Source: Sulfurimonas sp.
GTDB taxonomy: Bacteria; Campylobacterota; Campylobacteria; Campylobacterales; Sulfurimonadaceae
Assembly: GCA_027082875.1 (NCBI GenBank)
Contig: JALWTK010000046.1
Span: forward strand, 4,677 to 68,676
Direction of reading: 5' to 3'
DNA: 64,000 nt
In this document: piece by piece, positions 28,365 to 38,031 of the stretch
Layout: each line of letters begins with the position of its first letter
Numbering within the stretch: the first letter of the stretch is position 1
The notes under the pieces: model-generated
Database searches by the model: none
Told to the model about the DNA's origin: nothing
What the model saw: the letters and a program-made list of their open reading frames with translations, nothing else
Program-made: the position numbers and the translations under genes

Positions 28365-29463
28365 TGCAAAGCTAATTTTAGAGCATACACGAGAATTAAA
28401 TGTTTTATATGTGGAGGATAGTGTAGTACTCTTAAAAACGACAAAAGAACTTTTAAGTAATTATTTTCACCATATAGATACAGCAGTAGATGGAGAAGAG
28501 GGCTTAGAAAAATATCTTGAATATGAAAAGAGTAAGGGCAATTATTACGACTTAGTCATTACAGATATTAACATGCCAAAGCTCAATGGTGTAGAGATGA
28601 GTAGAGAAATTATGAAACATAACCCTCTTCAAGCGATACTCATCACAACTGCACATAATGAACCAGAATATTTACTCGATGCACTGAATCTCAATGTGAA
28701 TGGTTTTCTCACTAAACCGATCAATAGTGAACAGCTTATGCAGATCCTCTATAAGATTTCTCAGTCTATCAGTGACCATAACTTTTTCCTAAACCATATA
28801 GATATGATAGAAGATTTGAATTTACAACTAGAAGAAAAAAACAAAATTTTAGAAGTAAAGAACAGTGAACTTCTCGCTAAAAATAGTGAACTAGAAAAAT
28901 CTTTTAGAATGCTTGATACGATGGTCGAAAAAGTACAACTCACTCATGAAACAGAGACAGAAAATAGACTTCCAATCAGTGATGAAGAGCAAATATATAT
29001 GCAAGAACAGATAGAACATCTCATAGATGATGATCTGTATGAACTAGCCGAATTGCATGATGAGATAGATGTAAATATTATTCATATCTTAAGTGGGAAA
29101 GAAGAACAGGAGATTTCAAAGACTCTTATAAAATTATCTGAACTCTTTAAACGCTATGGTGCAGTGTTGCAATTTTACAGTTTTTTCAATAACCTAAGTG
29201 CTGCTATGTCAAACTTTTCAATGACTTTAGAGACAAAGCCTCTTCCCAGTGATAAGGGTATGGTCGAAAATATATTTATGCTTGTTGAAAGTTTTACCTA
29301 TGTGCTGGGAAAATGGCAAGATCATCTCTCTACTAGTGATATGAGTAAAATAAATTCACTAGATGCATCACTAATAAGTGATATGAATACTATAATTAAT
29401 ATGTGGGAGTTTCAAGAAGAAGAGGTTTCTGAGGATGATATGGATGATATTTTTGATTTTTAA
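28357..29463 (+). CDS. Response regulator (REC + coiled coil + unknown helical C-terminal domain)
   Basis: VLYVEDS, LVITDINMPKLNG, FLTKP; no DNA-binding domain recognised. Confidence 0.85.
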   Translation: MLNAKLILEHTRELNVLYVEDSVVLLKTTKELLSNYFHHIDTAVDGEEGLEKYLEYEKSKGNYYDLVITDINMPKLNGVEMSREIMKHNPLQAILITTAHNEPEYLLDALNLNVNGFLTKPINSEQLMQILYKISQSISDHNFFLNHIDMIEDLNLQLEEKNKILEVKNSELLAKNSELEKSFRMLDTMVEKVQLTHETETENRLPISDEEQIYMQEQIEHLIDDDLYELAELHDEIDVNIIHILSGKEEQEISKTLIKLSELFKRYGAVLQFYSFFNNLSAAMSNFSMTLETKPLPSDKGMVENIFMLVESFTYVLGKWQDHLSTSDMSKINSLDASLISDMNTIINMWEFQEEEVSEDDMDDIFDF

Positions 29464-29480
29464 AGATATGTAGAGAGAGT

Positions 29481-29498
29481 TTCCCGCAAAGGCGGGAA
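29481..29498. terminator. GC-rich hairpin between convergent genes (possible terminator)
   Basis: TTCCCGC-AAAG-GCGGGAA, 7-bp stem; no clear U-tract on either strand. Confidence 0.45.
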
Positions 29499-29505
29499 GG
29501 ATAGA

Positions 29506-30387
29506 CTAAACGAAGTCTACTTTTGTAAGGTGATGTTTCATCCCTAGAGTTGATTGATCACAACCAAGAGCAAGACCTAACATCTGTTGCATATGAAGAA
29601 CTGGAAGAGCGACCTCACGTCCTATAGCTTCAGAGGCATGGTGTGTCTGTGTGTCAAGTTTAAGGTGACAGAGTGGACAAGGGGTTACCATCCAGTCAGC
29701 ATTACCATCCATCGCTCCAGCAATAGCATTACCTGTTAAAGTAGCAGCAGTTTTTGGTGCTTGAAGCTCCGCATGGAAGCCACAACACTTGTTCTTCTCA
29801 TCGTAGTCTACATTTTTACCACCACAAGCGATGATCAAATCATCAAGGGAAGTAGGGTTGTATGGATTTTCTGCCTTATCATGAGACTCATTTTGAAGTT
29901 CTGAAGGGCGGATATTGTGACAACCATAAAAAGGTGCGATATTGAACTGGCTAAGAGGAGTGACAACCATCTCTTTAATCTTATCAAGACCGATATCATC
30001 AATAATAGCATATAAAAAGTGTGTAACTTTAGATGTACCTTTATATTCTAAACCAACCTCTGCAAGCTTTTCATTTACTTTCGCTTTAAGATCTGCATTA
30101 TTATCTAAACGATGTTTAGTCATTGCAGTATTGAGTTGGCAAGTATTACAGATAGTTACCATAGTAAGGTCATGTTTTTCTGCATAAGCGATATTTCTAG
30201 CGTTTAAAACGAGAGATAAAAAGTCATCATAATCTTGTAAGTGAGAAGCACCACAGCACGAAGCTTCAGTAAGCTCTATAAGCTCTATACCAAGTTTTTC
30301 AGCCACTGCCATAGTAGACATCATTTGCTCAGGAGTACTCTGTTTAGCTGTACATCCTGTAAAAAGTGCGTATTTTAATTTTTCCAT
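29506..30387 (-). CDS. HdrB-like CCG-domain anchor subunit of type E succinate:quinone oxidoreductase (SdhE/MfrE-like)
   Basis: FTGC, SCCGA...CNTC, FYGCH.IRP, KCCG...CPLCH; no TM cytochrome b. Confidence 0.88.
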   Translation of the reverse strand: MEKLKYALFTGCTAKQSTPEQMMSTMAVAEKLGIELIELTEASCCGASHLQDYDDFLSLVLNARNIAYAEKHDLTMVTICNTCQLNTAMTKHRLDNNADLKAKVNEKLAEVGLEYKGTSKVTHFLYAIIDDIGLDKIKEMVVTPLSQFNIAPFYGCHNIRPSELQNESHDKAENPYNPTSLDDLIIACGGKNVDYDEKNKCCGFHAELQAPKTAATLTGNAIAGAMDGNADWMVTPCPLCHLKLDTQTHHASEAIGREVALPVLHMQQMLGLALGCDQSTLGMKHHLTKVDFV

Positions 30388-30399
30388 TCTATTCTACTC

Positions 30400-31377
30400 C
30401 TAAAACTTTGCAGTTGTTGATGATTTTACAAGTTTTTGAATCTCATCAAGATTTTGCGATTTTGTGATGCCCCATGGTGGAACTATTTTACCCTTAGAAA
30501 ACATTTTAAGTGCTACTGGCACATGTTTAACGATACCAGCCATTTCAGAGTACAGAACTAGTCCACCCTCATCTAGCACACCATTTTTCTTAATAGACTT
30601 CTCAAAACCTACTGCATGGCGTGTTGCTACATTTGATTCTGCTTTACCTGACTGGAATAGCATGTTGTGAAGCTGACCAATCTTCTCAATAGGATTTACA
30701 TCTTTTGGACAAACTTCAGCACATTCGAAACATTTTACACAGTCCCAAACACCTGAACCCATCTGGTTTACATCTGTAAGTCTTGACTCATCACCATCAC
30801 GAACATCTGCTTCAAATCTATAAGCAGCAGCAAAAGCAGCAGGCCCCATAAAGTCTTCATTGATTTCTACAACTGGACAAGCATAGTGACAAGCACCACA
30901 TTGAATACATAAATCAGCATCATTAAGTGCATCTGCTTCAGCAGGTGAGAGAAGATTTTCTAACTCAGGTGTTTCATCTATCTCATCGACTACATAAGGA
31001 GTCGCGGCTTCGTGTTTCTTCCAGAAATCACCCTTATCTATAATCATATCTTTAATAGCACGTTTAGTGCTCAGTGGCTCAATAGTCATTTCGTTTCCGA
31101 AATACTCTATCATAGTAGTCATAGACTCTTTGCAGGCAAGAGTTGAACGACCATTTACCTTAATGGCACAAGCTCCACAGATACCGTGACGACAAGATCT
31201 TCTGTATGAAAAACTTCCATCGTGATCCCATTTGATTCTGTTAAGGATGTCTAGGACAACCTCTTCAGAAGTAACATCCATTGAATAATCTTCATAGTAT
31301 GGAAGATAATCTTCATCAGCATTGAAACGAAATACTTTGAAGTTTACTTTTTGTGTAGTTATTTTGTGTGTACTCAT
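30400..31377 (-). CDS. sdhB: Succinate dehydrogenase/fumarate reductase iron-sulfur subunit
   Basis: SCRHGICGAC, CIQCGACHYACP, CVKCFECAEVCP; ATG at 31377 (MSTHKITT). Confidence 0.93.
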   Translation of the reverse strand: MSTHKITTQKVNFKVFRFNADEDYLPYYEDYSMDVTSEEVVLDILNRIKWDHDGSFSYRRSCRHGICGACAIKVNGRSTLACKESMTTMIEYFGNEMTIEPLSTKRAIKDMIIDKGDFWKKHEAATPYVVDEIDETPELENLLSPAEADALNDADLCIQCGACHYACPVVEINEDFMGPAAFAAAYRFEADVRDGDESRLTDVNQMGSGVWDCVKCFECAEVCPKDVNPIEKIGQLHNMLFQSGKAESNVATRHAVGFEKSIKKNGVLDEGGLVLYSEMAGIVKHVPVALKMFSKGKIVPPWGITKSQNLDEIQKLVKSSTTAKF

Positions 31378-31393
31378 AAGTTCTTTCTTCCTT

Positions 31394-33106
31394 TTAGTAA
31401 GTTCTAGCTTTAAGTTCATGTTTGCCTAAAACAACATCCATGTAGTCAAGTCTGAGGTGACCCTCTTCATCCATATAAGCCATAGTATGCTTTAAAAACT
31501 CTTCATCATTACGAGTGTCAAAGTCCTCTCTAAAGTGAGCACCACGACTCTCATTTCTAGCTATAGCAGACTCAACAATAAACATAGAATAGTCAAGCAT
31601 ATGTCCGAACTCTATTGCTTCTTGAAGTTCTGTATTAAAGACTTTTGACTTGTCTTTAATGCGGATATTTTTATAGCGTTTGCGAAGTTCTTGTACTTTA
31701 GCAACAACGATTTCTAAAGTCTCTTTTGTTCTAAATGCACCAGCATTTGCTGTCATACTCTGTTGTAGCTCTTCTCTAAGCTCTGTGATACTTTCATTAC
31801 CATTGTTAGAAAGAATCCACTCAACTTCAGCAACTGCTGTTGCTGCATCTTCTTGTATTGCGGGGCGAAGTTCTATAGTGTCTATTTCCTCAACCATCGT
31901 TTTACCAACAAAACGACCAAAAAGAAGTGCTTCAAGAACAGAGTTCGCACCTAAACGGTTTGCACCGTGAACTGATACACATGAACACTCACCAGCTGCA
32001 TAAAAACCTTCGATAAACTCATCATTGTTCTTACGAACATTACCAGCAATATTTACTGGAATACCACCCATAGAGTAGTGTGCAGTAGCGGAAATAAGGA
32101 TAGGTTCTTTGATCATATCAAGACCTAAGAAAGTGATAGCAAGTTCACGAAGTTCTGGAAGTCTCTCCATGATGAGATCTTTTCCTAGGTGTGTCACATC
32201 AATGTAAACAGCATCTTTTCTTGGACCTACACCACGACCCTCTCGGATTTCATTGATAATAGCACGAGATACTACATCGCGAGATGCAAGTTCCATCGCA
32301 TTTGGAGCATATTTTTCCATGAATCTTTCACCCTTCGAGTTGAAAAGACGTCCACCCTCACCACGAGCAGCTTCAGAGATAAGTACACCATTTCCTGAAA
32401 GACCTGATGGGTGAAACTGTACAAACTCCATATCTTCAAGAGGAAGACCGTGACGAGCAACAATAGAGAGACCATCCCCTGTATTTGCATGAGCATTTGA
32501 ATTGATTTTAAATGAACGAGCATAGCCACCCGTTGCAAACATTACAGATTTTGCATTGAAGATTGCCATCTGCATATCACGGATATTAAAAGCGATAACA
32601 CCAGAAACTTTTCCATCTTTGTATATAATGTCAGCAGCATACCACTCATCCCAAAACTTCACACCACAGCGATCAGCTTGCTCATAAATAGTTTGAAGAA
32701 GTGTAAGACCAGTTCTATCTTTTGCATAACATGCACGAGGAGAAGATTGTCCACCAAAAGGACGTTGTGCGATTTTACCGTCTGGAGTTCTACTAAACGC
32801 AGCACCCATTCTTTCAGCCCAGCGAATAGTCTCTGGAGCTTTTTGGCACATAAACTCTACAGCATCTTGATCTGCAAGATAGTCAGAACCTTTTACTGTA
32901 TCAAACTCGTGAAGCTCAACACTATCTTCATCACTAAACGCTGCATTAATCCCACCTTGTGCCGCACCAGAATGACTTCTTAGTGGGTGTAGTTTCGTAA
33001 TAACAGCAACTTTTTTACCTGCATTTTGTAACTCTCTTGCTGCTGCACAACCTGCAAGGCCGGCACCAACAACGATAGCATCGTAAGTATAAATAGGAAT
33101 ACTCAT
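31394..33106 (-). CDS. sdhA: Succinate dehydrogenase/fumarate reductase flavoprotein subunit
   Basis: GAGLAG, RSHSGAAQGG covalent-FAD His, QFHP, HYSMGG, HGANRLG, ESRGAHFR. Confidence 0.95.
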   Translation of the reverse strand: MSIPIYTYDAIVVGAGLAGCAAARELQNAGKKVAVITKLHPLRSHSGAAQGGINAAFSDEDSVELHEFDTVKGSDYLADQDAVEFMCQKAPETIRWAERMGAAFSRTPDGKIAQRPFGGQSSPRACYAKDRTGLTLLQTIYEQADRCGVKFWDEWYAADIIYKDGKVSGVIAFNIRDMQMAIFNAKSVMFATGGYARSFKINSNAHANTGDGLSIVARHGLPLEDMEFVQFHPSGLSGNGVLISEAARGEGGRLFNSKGERFMEKYAPNAMELASRDVVSRAIINEIREGRGVGPRKDAVYIDVTHLGKDLIMERLPELRELAITFLGLDMIKEPILISATAHYSMGGIPVNIAGNVRKNNDEFIEGFYAAGECSCVSVHGANRLGANSVLEALLFGRFVGKTMVEEIDTIELRPAIQEDAATAVAEVEWILSNNGNESITELREELQQSMTANAGAFRTKETLEIVVAKVQELRKRYKNIRIKDKSKVFNTELQEAIEFGHMLDYSMFIVESAIARNESRGAHFREDFDTRNDEEFLKHTMAYMDEEGHLRLDYMDVVLGKHELKARTY

Positions 33107-33239
33107 TAAATTTCCTTATAATAGAACTAATATAATATTTCTGATTATATCGTGAAAAGACTTATGGAAGGTTAAATGTAGAGTTAAAAAGTGTGAAGTG
33201 TTAAGATGTTACAATTATGGACATAAAGAGTTTTCCTCT

Positions 33240-34451
33240 TTATATCTCTTTTTCTGCAAGATCTCGTGTTTGAAGAATATGATTTATCCCCGTAGTCTTT
33301 GCATAGTGAAGTATCTCTTTTGCTTGGCGCATAGCTTCTTCAAGGTTAGAGTTATTTGGCTTGATAACAAAACCACCACTTACTGTGATAACTACAGGGC
33401 CCTTATTTGGTTCGTTAAACTTTAACTCTTCTATACTTTGACGAATAAGCTCAGTATCTTTAAATGCCTGCTCCTTACTTGCACGAGAAAGTATAAGAGT
33501 AAACTGATTGTAGTCAGTTCTTGCAATGACATCTACTGCTTGTTCATGAAGTGATATAGTATAAGCGAGTTTTTTAAGTATAGCCTGTGTCATCTCTTGT
33601 GAGAATGCACGTTTACTCTTTGAAAAGTTGTCTATTTCTAATATGGTGACAGCTGTGAAGTTACTATCTTTGAGATTTTTCTTATTTGAATAAGAGTTCA
33701 CCATTCCCTTATGGTTATTTATACCTGTGACCGGATCTATCATTGTCGGGTTATCATTTGTAACATTTTTTCTATTCATGCGCATTGCTATTGCATCCGC
33801 TTCAACCGTGTAGATAGTATGATCTTTTTTTGCTTTGTCGATTTGGTAAAGGTACTCAATGTCTTTGTAAATAGAGAAGAGTCTTTTTCTGTAAAGAAGT
33901 GTTGCAAAAAGAACAATAATAAAAATCGCAATAGTAACTATCTTTATGATATGAAACTTTTCTTGGTTGTACTCAATATTACGGATTAAAATATCATTGA
34001 TCTTCTTTATAATGGTAGCAAAAGCTTTATTAAGGTTTTTTTGTGCTTCTTCTTTGACTTTTGCATTAGCATTGTCTACATAAAACTCATGTGCTGCTTT
34101 GTTAAAAGCAGTAGTAAGTTGGGAGAGACTGTTTAAGTCACTTAGATACTCTTCTTCGTGAGAAAAAAGATATTTTCCTGAGTAGTCATATCTATTAAGA
34201 CTTTTCAGTTTATCTATCTCTTGATGAAGTTGTGTACTTTTGCCATTAAACTGGATAAGTGCTAATTCTATATCATTCTTATCTAAAGTAGTAAGAGATT
34301 TTATAATCTCTTTTTGCTGATTAAGGTTATTGACTTTTTCAAAAGAGAGCTGTTGCTCTAATGTAAGCATCATGGAGATAAATGCTATGAGTAAAACAAA
34401 AAAGAGATATGTATTTAAATTCATAAATATTTTTTTAATAGAGTGTTTCAT
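33240..34451 (-). CDS. Membrane-anchored protein with degenerate GGDEF domain
   Basis: Two TM helices; DPVTGINN; RTDYNQF in place of RxGGDEF; VITVSGG. Confidence 0.8.
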   Translation of the reverse strand: MKHSIKKIFMNLNTYLFFVLLIAFISMMLTLEQQLSFEKVNNLNQQKEIIKSLTTLDKNDIELALIQFNGKSTQLHQEIDKLKSLNRYDYSGKYLFSHEEEYLSDLNSLSQLTTAFNKAAHEFYVDNANAKVKEEAQKNLNKAFATIIKKINDILIRNIEYNQEKFHIIKIVTIAIFIIVLFATLLYRKRLFSIYKDIEYLYQIDKAKKDHTIYTVEADAIAMRMNRKNVTNDNPTMIDPVTGINNHKGMVNSYSNKKNLKDSNFTAVTILEIDNFSKSKRAFSQEMTQAILKKLAYTISLHEQAVDVIARTDYNQFTLILSRASKEQAFKDTELIRQSIEELKFNEPNKGPVVITVSGGFVIKPNNSNLEEAMRQAKEILHYAKTTGINHILQTRDLAEKEI

Positions 34452-34530
34452 GTTTATTTTTCCTAATAATGTTATAATAACTTGTTATTCTATATCGACA
34501 GTAATTAATATATGCTTAAAGAAGTTTTAT

Positions 34531-35349
34531 TTGAATTTAGAAAATTATTTTATATCGCATTTTAACAATAAACATATCGGTGATGATGGTGCTCTCATCG
34601 GTGAATATGTCTACTCTAAAGATGCTTTTTTTGAAAATATACACTATAAAAAAGAGTGGTTGAGCTACTACCAAATAGCTAAACGTGCTATGCTTGTGAA
34701 TATCTCTGATGCCATAGCTATGAATGCAATACCGAAGTATGCACTCCTAAGTGTTGCCATGCCAAAGAGTATGAGTAAAAAAGATATGAGTGAGCTTGCA
34801 GAAGGTTTTAAAGAGATAGCAAAGCAGTACAGTATTGAAATTATTGGTGGGGATACTATTAGTAATACAAAGTTAGATATAACTATTACGATCATCTCAA
34901 AAACTTCACGACCGCTTCTGCGTTCAATGATACGTAGTGGGTATGTGTTAGGTTTTACAGGTGAACTAGGAAGATCAGCTCATGCTCTAAAAAAGCTTTT
35001 TAATCTAGGTAAAATCCATAAAAATTCGAAGTTTATAGATATACAACTTAGACAAGATTTTGTACAAAAGAGTGAACGGGTATTAAAGGCTGGCATGGAT
35101 ATTTCAGATGGTCTTTTTAGTGATCTAGAAAAACTCACTTCACTCAACAAGATAGGACTAAAGTTTTTTAAGCCAATATCAAAAAGTATAGCTTGTAGCG
35201 GAGAAGAGTATGAGATGCTAGTGGCATTTGATAAACGCGATATGAAAGCGGTGAAACGCAAGGCTGCACAGAGTCGAACAAAGATAACATTTTTTGCTCA
35301 AGCTGCAAGAAACAGATACACAAACAGATGTAAAGCACATCATTTTTAA
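34531..35349 (+). CDS. thiL: Thiamine-monophosphate kinase
   Basis: IGDDGA, NISDAIAMNA.P, IIGGDT, MDISDGL, GEEYEML; probable TTG start at 34531. Confidence 0.9.
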   Translation: MNLENYFISHFNNKHIGDDGALIGEYVYSKDAFFENIHYKKEWLSYYQIAKRAMLVNISDAIAMNAIPKYALLSVAMPKSMSKKDMSELAEGFKEIAKQYSIEIIGGDTISNTKLDITITIISKTSRPLLRSMIRSGYVLGFTGELGRSAHALKKLFNLGKIHKNSKFIDIQLRQDFVQKSERVLKAGMDISDGLFSDLEKLTSLNKIGLKFFKPISKSIACSGEEYEMLVAFDKRDMKAVKRKAAQSRTKITFFAQAARNRYTNRCKAHHF

Positions 35350-35357
35350 GGAAAATT

Positions 35358-36437
35358 ATGGACAGATTTTATTCTCTTGCTCATGCAAGTATAGACTTTC
35401 ACTTTAAACAGACACCACGCGACTTCGTTGTTGAAGAGATACCTCTTTATGAGTTCTCAGGAGAAGGTGAACACCTTATACTCTTAGTAAGAAAAAAGAA
35501 CCTCACGACAAATGAGATGATAGGGCAGATAGCAAGATATCTTAACATCAAAAACAGAGACATAGGCTATGCCGGTCTTAAAGATAAGCATGCCATGACA
35601 AAACAGTATATTTCTATTCATAAACAGCATGAAAAAGCATTAGAGAACTTCAACTTTGAAGGGATCAAAATTATCTCAAAAACTTACCATAATAATAAGA
35701 TAAGAATAGGGCACCTTAAAGGGAATCGCTTTTACATAAAAGTGAAAAAGGTTAACCCTACGGATGCTGCTAAAATAGACGAGGCTCTTAAAAGTATTGG
35801 GCAAAATGGTATGCCAAACTACTTCGGTTACCAGCGTTTTGGTAATGATGGAGATAATCACATCATCGGAGAGAAGATAGCTAAGGGTGAGAAAAAAGAG
35901 CGAAACCCAAGAGTAAAAAAACTCCTTATAAATGCTTATCAGTCACATCTTTTTAACCTCTGGCTCTCTCGTAGACTGGAGATAAACTCTCTTGTGAGTA
36001 GTTTTGAGCCTAAAGAACTTGAGGGTCTGCTCAACATGCCAAATGATGCAGTCAAAAAGATGAAAGAACAAAAACATGTTTTTAAACTTATGAGTGGTGA
36101 TCTTATGGAACACTATCCAAAAGGAAAACTTTTTGAGTATGAAGAGACTGAGCATGATATAGAGCGTTTTAACTCTCATGATATTACTGTTACTGGGCTT
36201 CTCTGTGGGAAAAAAGTTCGAGTTGCAGAAGGTCTAGCTGGAGAGATAGAAAAAGGCTTTGATGATGAGATAAATGCTGATGGTGCTCGCCGTTTTGCAT
36301 GGGTATACCCAACAGATATAGAGGGGCGTTTCAACCAAGTAGAAGCACAGTATGAAATGAACTTCACTCTTCCAAAGGGCTCATATGCTACAGTTCTCAT
36401 AGAAGAGATAGCAAAGCGAAAAATAAACGATAAATAA
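35358..36437 (+). CDS. truD: tRNA pseudouridine(13) synthase
   Basis: DFVVEE, YAGLKDKHAMT.Q, GN.F, PNYFGYQRFG, FTLPKGSYAT. Confidence 0.95.
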   Translation: MDRFYSLAHASIDFHFKQTPRDFVVEEIPLYEFSGEGEHLILLVRKKNLTTNEMIGQIARYLNIKNRDIGYAGLKDKHAMTKQYISIHKQHEKALENFNFEGIKIISKTYHNNKIRIGHLKGNRFYIKVKKVNPTDAAKIDEALKSIGQNGMPNYFGYQRFGNDGDNHIIGEKIAKGEKKERNPRVKKLLINAYQSHLFNLWLSRRLEINSLVSSFEPKELEGLLNMPNDAVKKMKEQKHVFKLMSGDLMEHYPKGKLFEYEETEHDIERFNSHDITVTGLLCGKKVRVAEGLAGEIEKGFDDEINADGARRFAWVYPTDIEGRFNQVEAQYEMNFTLPKGSYATVLIEEIAKRKINDK

Positions 36438-36461
36438 AATCAAAAAAGGAAAAATAACTAC

Positions 36462-37283
36462 ATGAATAAAAGACATATCACATCACTTATCTCTCAAAAC
36501 TTTGGAAAGTTTGCAAGTAAAGAGTTTCCATCGTGGTTCCAAAAAATAGTCAACCAATCTTATGTAACTCTTATGGGCTTAAATATGAGTGACTTTCATG
36601 CCCCAAGTACATATAAAAGCCTCAATGCTCTTTTTACAAGACACCTAAGAGAGGAGCGTAAGTTCTCTCTTGATGCAGAAGATTTTATCTCTCCTTGTGA
36701 CTCTCTTATCTCAGAGACTGGAACTATCACAGATGACTATGCTCTTCAGATTAAGGGTATGCGTTATAAGTGTGCTGACTTTATAGGGAGTGAGTTTAGT
36801 GATGAGGAGAAGGCTATCGTTGCTGATGGAACATTTATCAACTGCTACCTTTCTCCTAAGGATTACCACCGTTACCATATCCCTACAAATCTCAAAGTCC
36901 TTAAAGCCGTTCATGTTCCAGGGAAATTTTACCCAGTCAATATGCCCTCACTTAAAAAACGTCTTAACCTTTTTATAGAGAATGAGCGTGTAGTTATCCT
37001 CTGTGAAGCGACAAATGGAAAAAGATTTTATATGATCTTAGTGAGTGCTTTAAATGTTGGTGTAATGCAGGTGAGTTTTGAACCACTTATACAGACAAAT
37101 GCCATTGCTACAACGCCACAAACATATAAGTTTGAAAATATGCACTTAAATAAAGGTGATGACTTTGGATGTTTTGAAATGGGCTCTACTATCATTATCC
37201 TCACAGAAAAAGATATGCTTGATATGAAAGTTCATGCTGGTGATGATGTGAAGTTTGCACAGACCATAGCAAAGATAAAGTAA
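36462..37283 (+). CDS. psd: Phosphatidylserine decarboxylase proenzyme
   Basis: SPCDS, YLSPKDYHRYH, NERV, FEMGSTI autocleavage motif. Confidence 0.93.
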   Translation: MNKRHITSLISQNFGKFASKEFPSWFQKIVNQSYVTLMGLNMSDFHAPSTYKSLNALFTRHLREERKFSLDAEDFISPCDSLISETGTITDDYALQIKGMRYKCADFIGSEFSDEEKAIVADGTFINCYLSPKDYHRYHIPTNLKVLKAVHVPGKFYPVNMPSLKKRLNLFIENERVVILCEATNGKRFYMILVSALNVGVMQVSFEPLIQTNAIATTPQTYKFENMHLNKGDDFGCFEMGSTIIILTEKDMLDMKVHAGDDVKFAQTIAKIK

Positions 37284-37290
37284 GCTCTAA

Positions 37291-38031
37291 ATGACAAGTG
37301 TGCAAAGAGATGACTTTATCGAGAAAACATTCTCTGATAGAGCATTTTTTGAAGCAAATATACTAGAGATAGTCACCAATGATGACCGTATAGAAGTAGC
37401 AAATATTTTAGCACAAAGAATGATTCGTCTTCTTTTAAAAGAAGAATTGAACTTTCTTTATATGAAAGATATGAAGAGCTTTAAGTTCTCACTCATTATG
37501 AACCTTATGTTTAGAGAAATAGCAAATGAGTGGGTCTCTTTTGCTGAAGATAAGCTAGCAGTTAGTCGTGATGAGGCTATCGAAGTTATTCACGAAAAAA
37601 GAAGAGCAGTTTTTGTACTAGGACTTGTAAAAGAGTACTATAGACACTATAAAATTTACTTCATTCAAGAGATAGCAGATAGTTTTATTGAGCTTATAAA
37701 AACTATGCCAAGTTCAACAAATAGTACACCTCTTATAGATGAAATTCTTAGTAGTGAGTTTGTAAAGAGTGAAAATATTGCTATTGTTTATAGTTATAGC
37801 CAACTATGGGGTAAGGTGAGAAATGCCCACAATAGTAAAAGTAAAGAACTCACAAAATTACAAGTTAAGCTGAGTGAGGTAAAAGATATAAGTGAAAAGA
37901 GAAAGTTGGAGTATGCTCAAGAGCTCTTAGAAGAGAGACCTTTAGCATTTTTTGATGATGCACTCCTACGTTTACGAAATGCGATGGTGCAGTACATGAT
38001 GGGTATAGAGAGTTATATCCCTACACATTAA
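37291..38031 (+). CDS. Hypothetical protein
   Basis: 246-aa helical ORF 7 nt after psd, same strand. Confidence 0.72.
   Translation: MTSVQRDDFIEKTFSDRAFFEANILEIVTNDDRIEVANILAQRMIRLLLKEELNFLYMKDMKSFKFSLIMNLMFREIANEWVSFAEDKLAVSRDEAIEVIHEKRRAVFVLGLVKEYYRHYKIYFIQEIADSFIELIKTMPSSTNSTPLIDEILSSEFVKSENIAIVYSYSQLWGKVRNAHNSKSKELTKLQVKLSEVKDISEKRKLEYAQELLEERPLAFFDDALLRLRNAMVQYMMGIESYIPTH

Noticed and set aside
34330-34530. 67-aa N-terminal extension of ThiL in the ORF track
   Set aside because: It overlaps the divergent gene and promoter region; ThiL-like sequence starts at the TTG at 34531.
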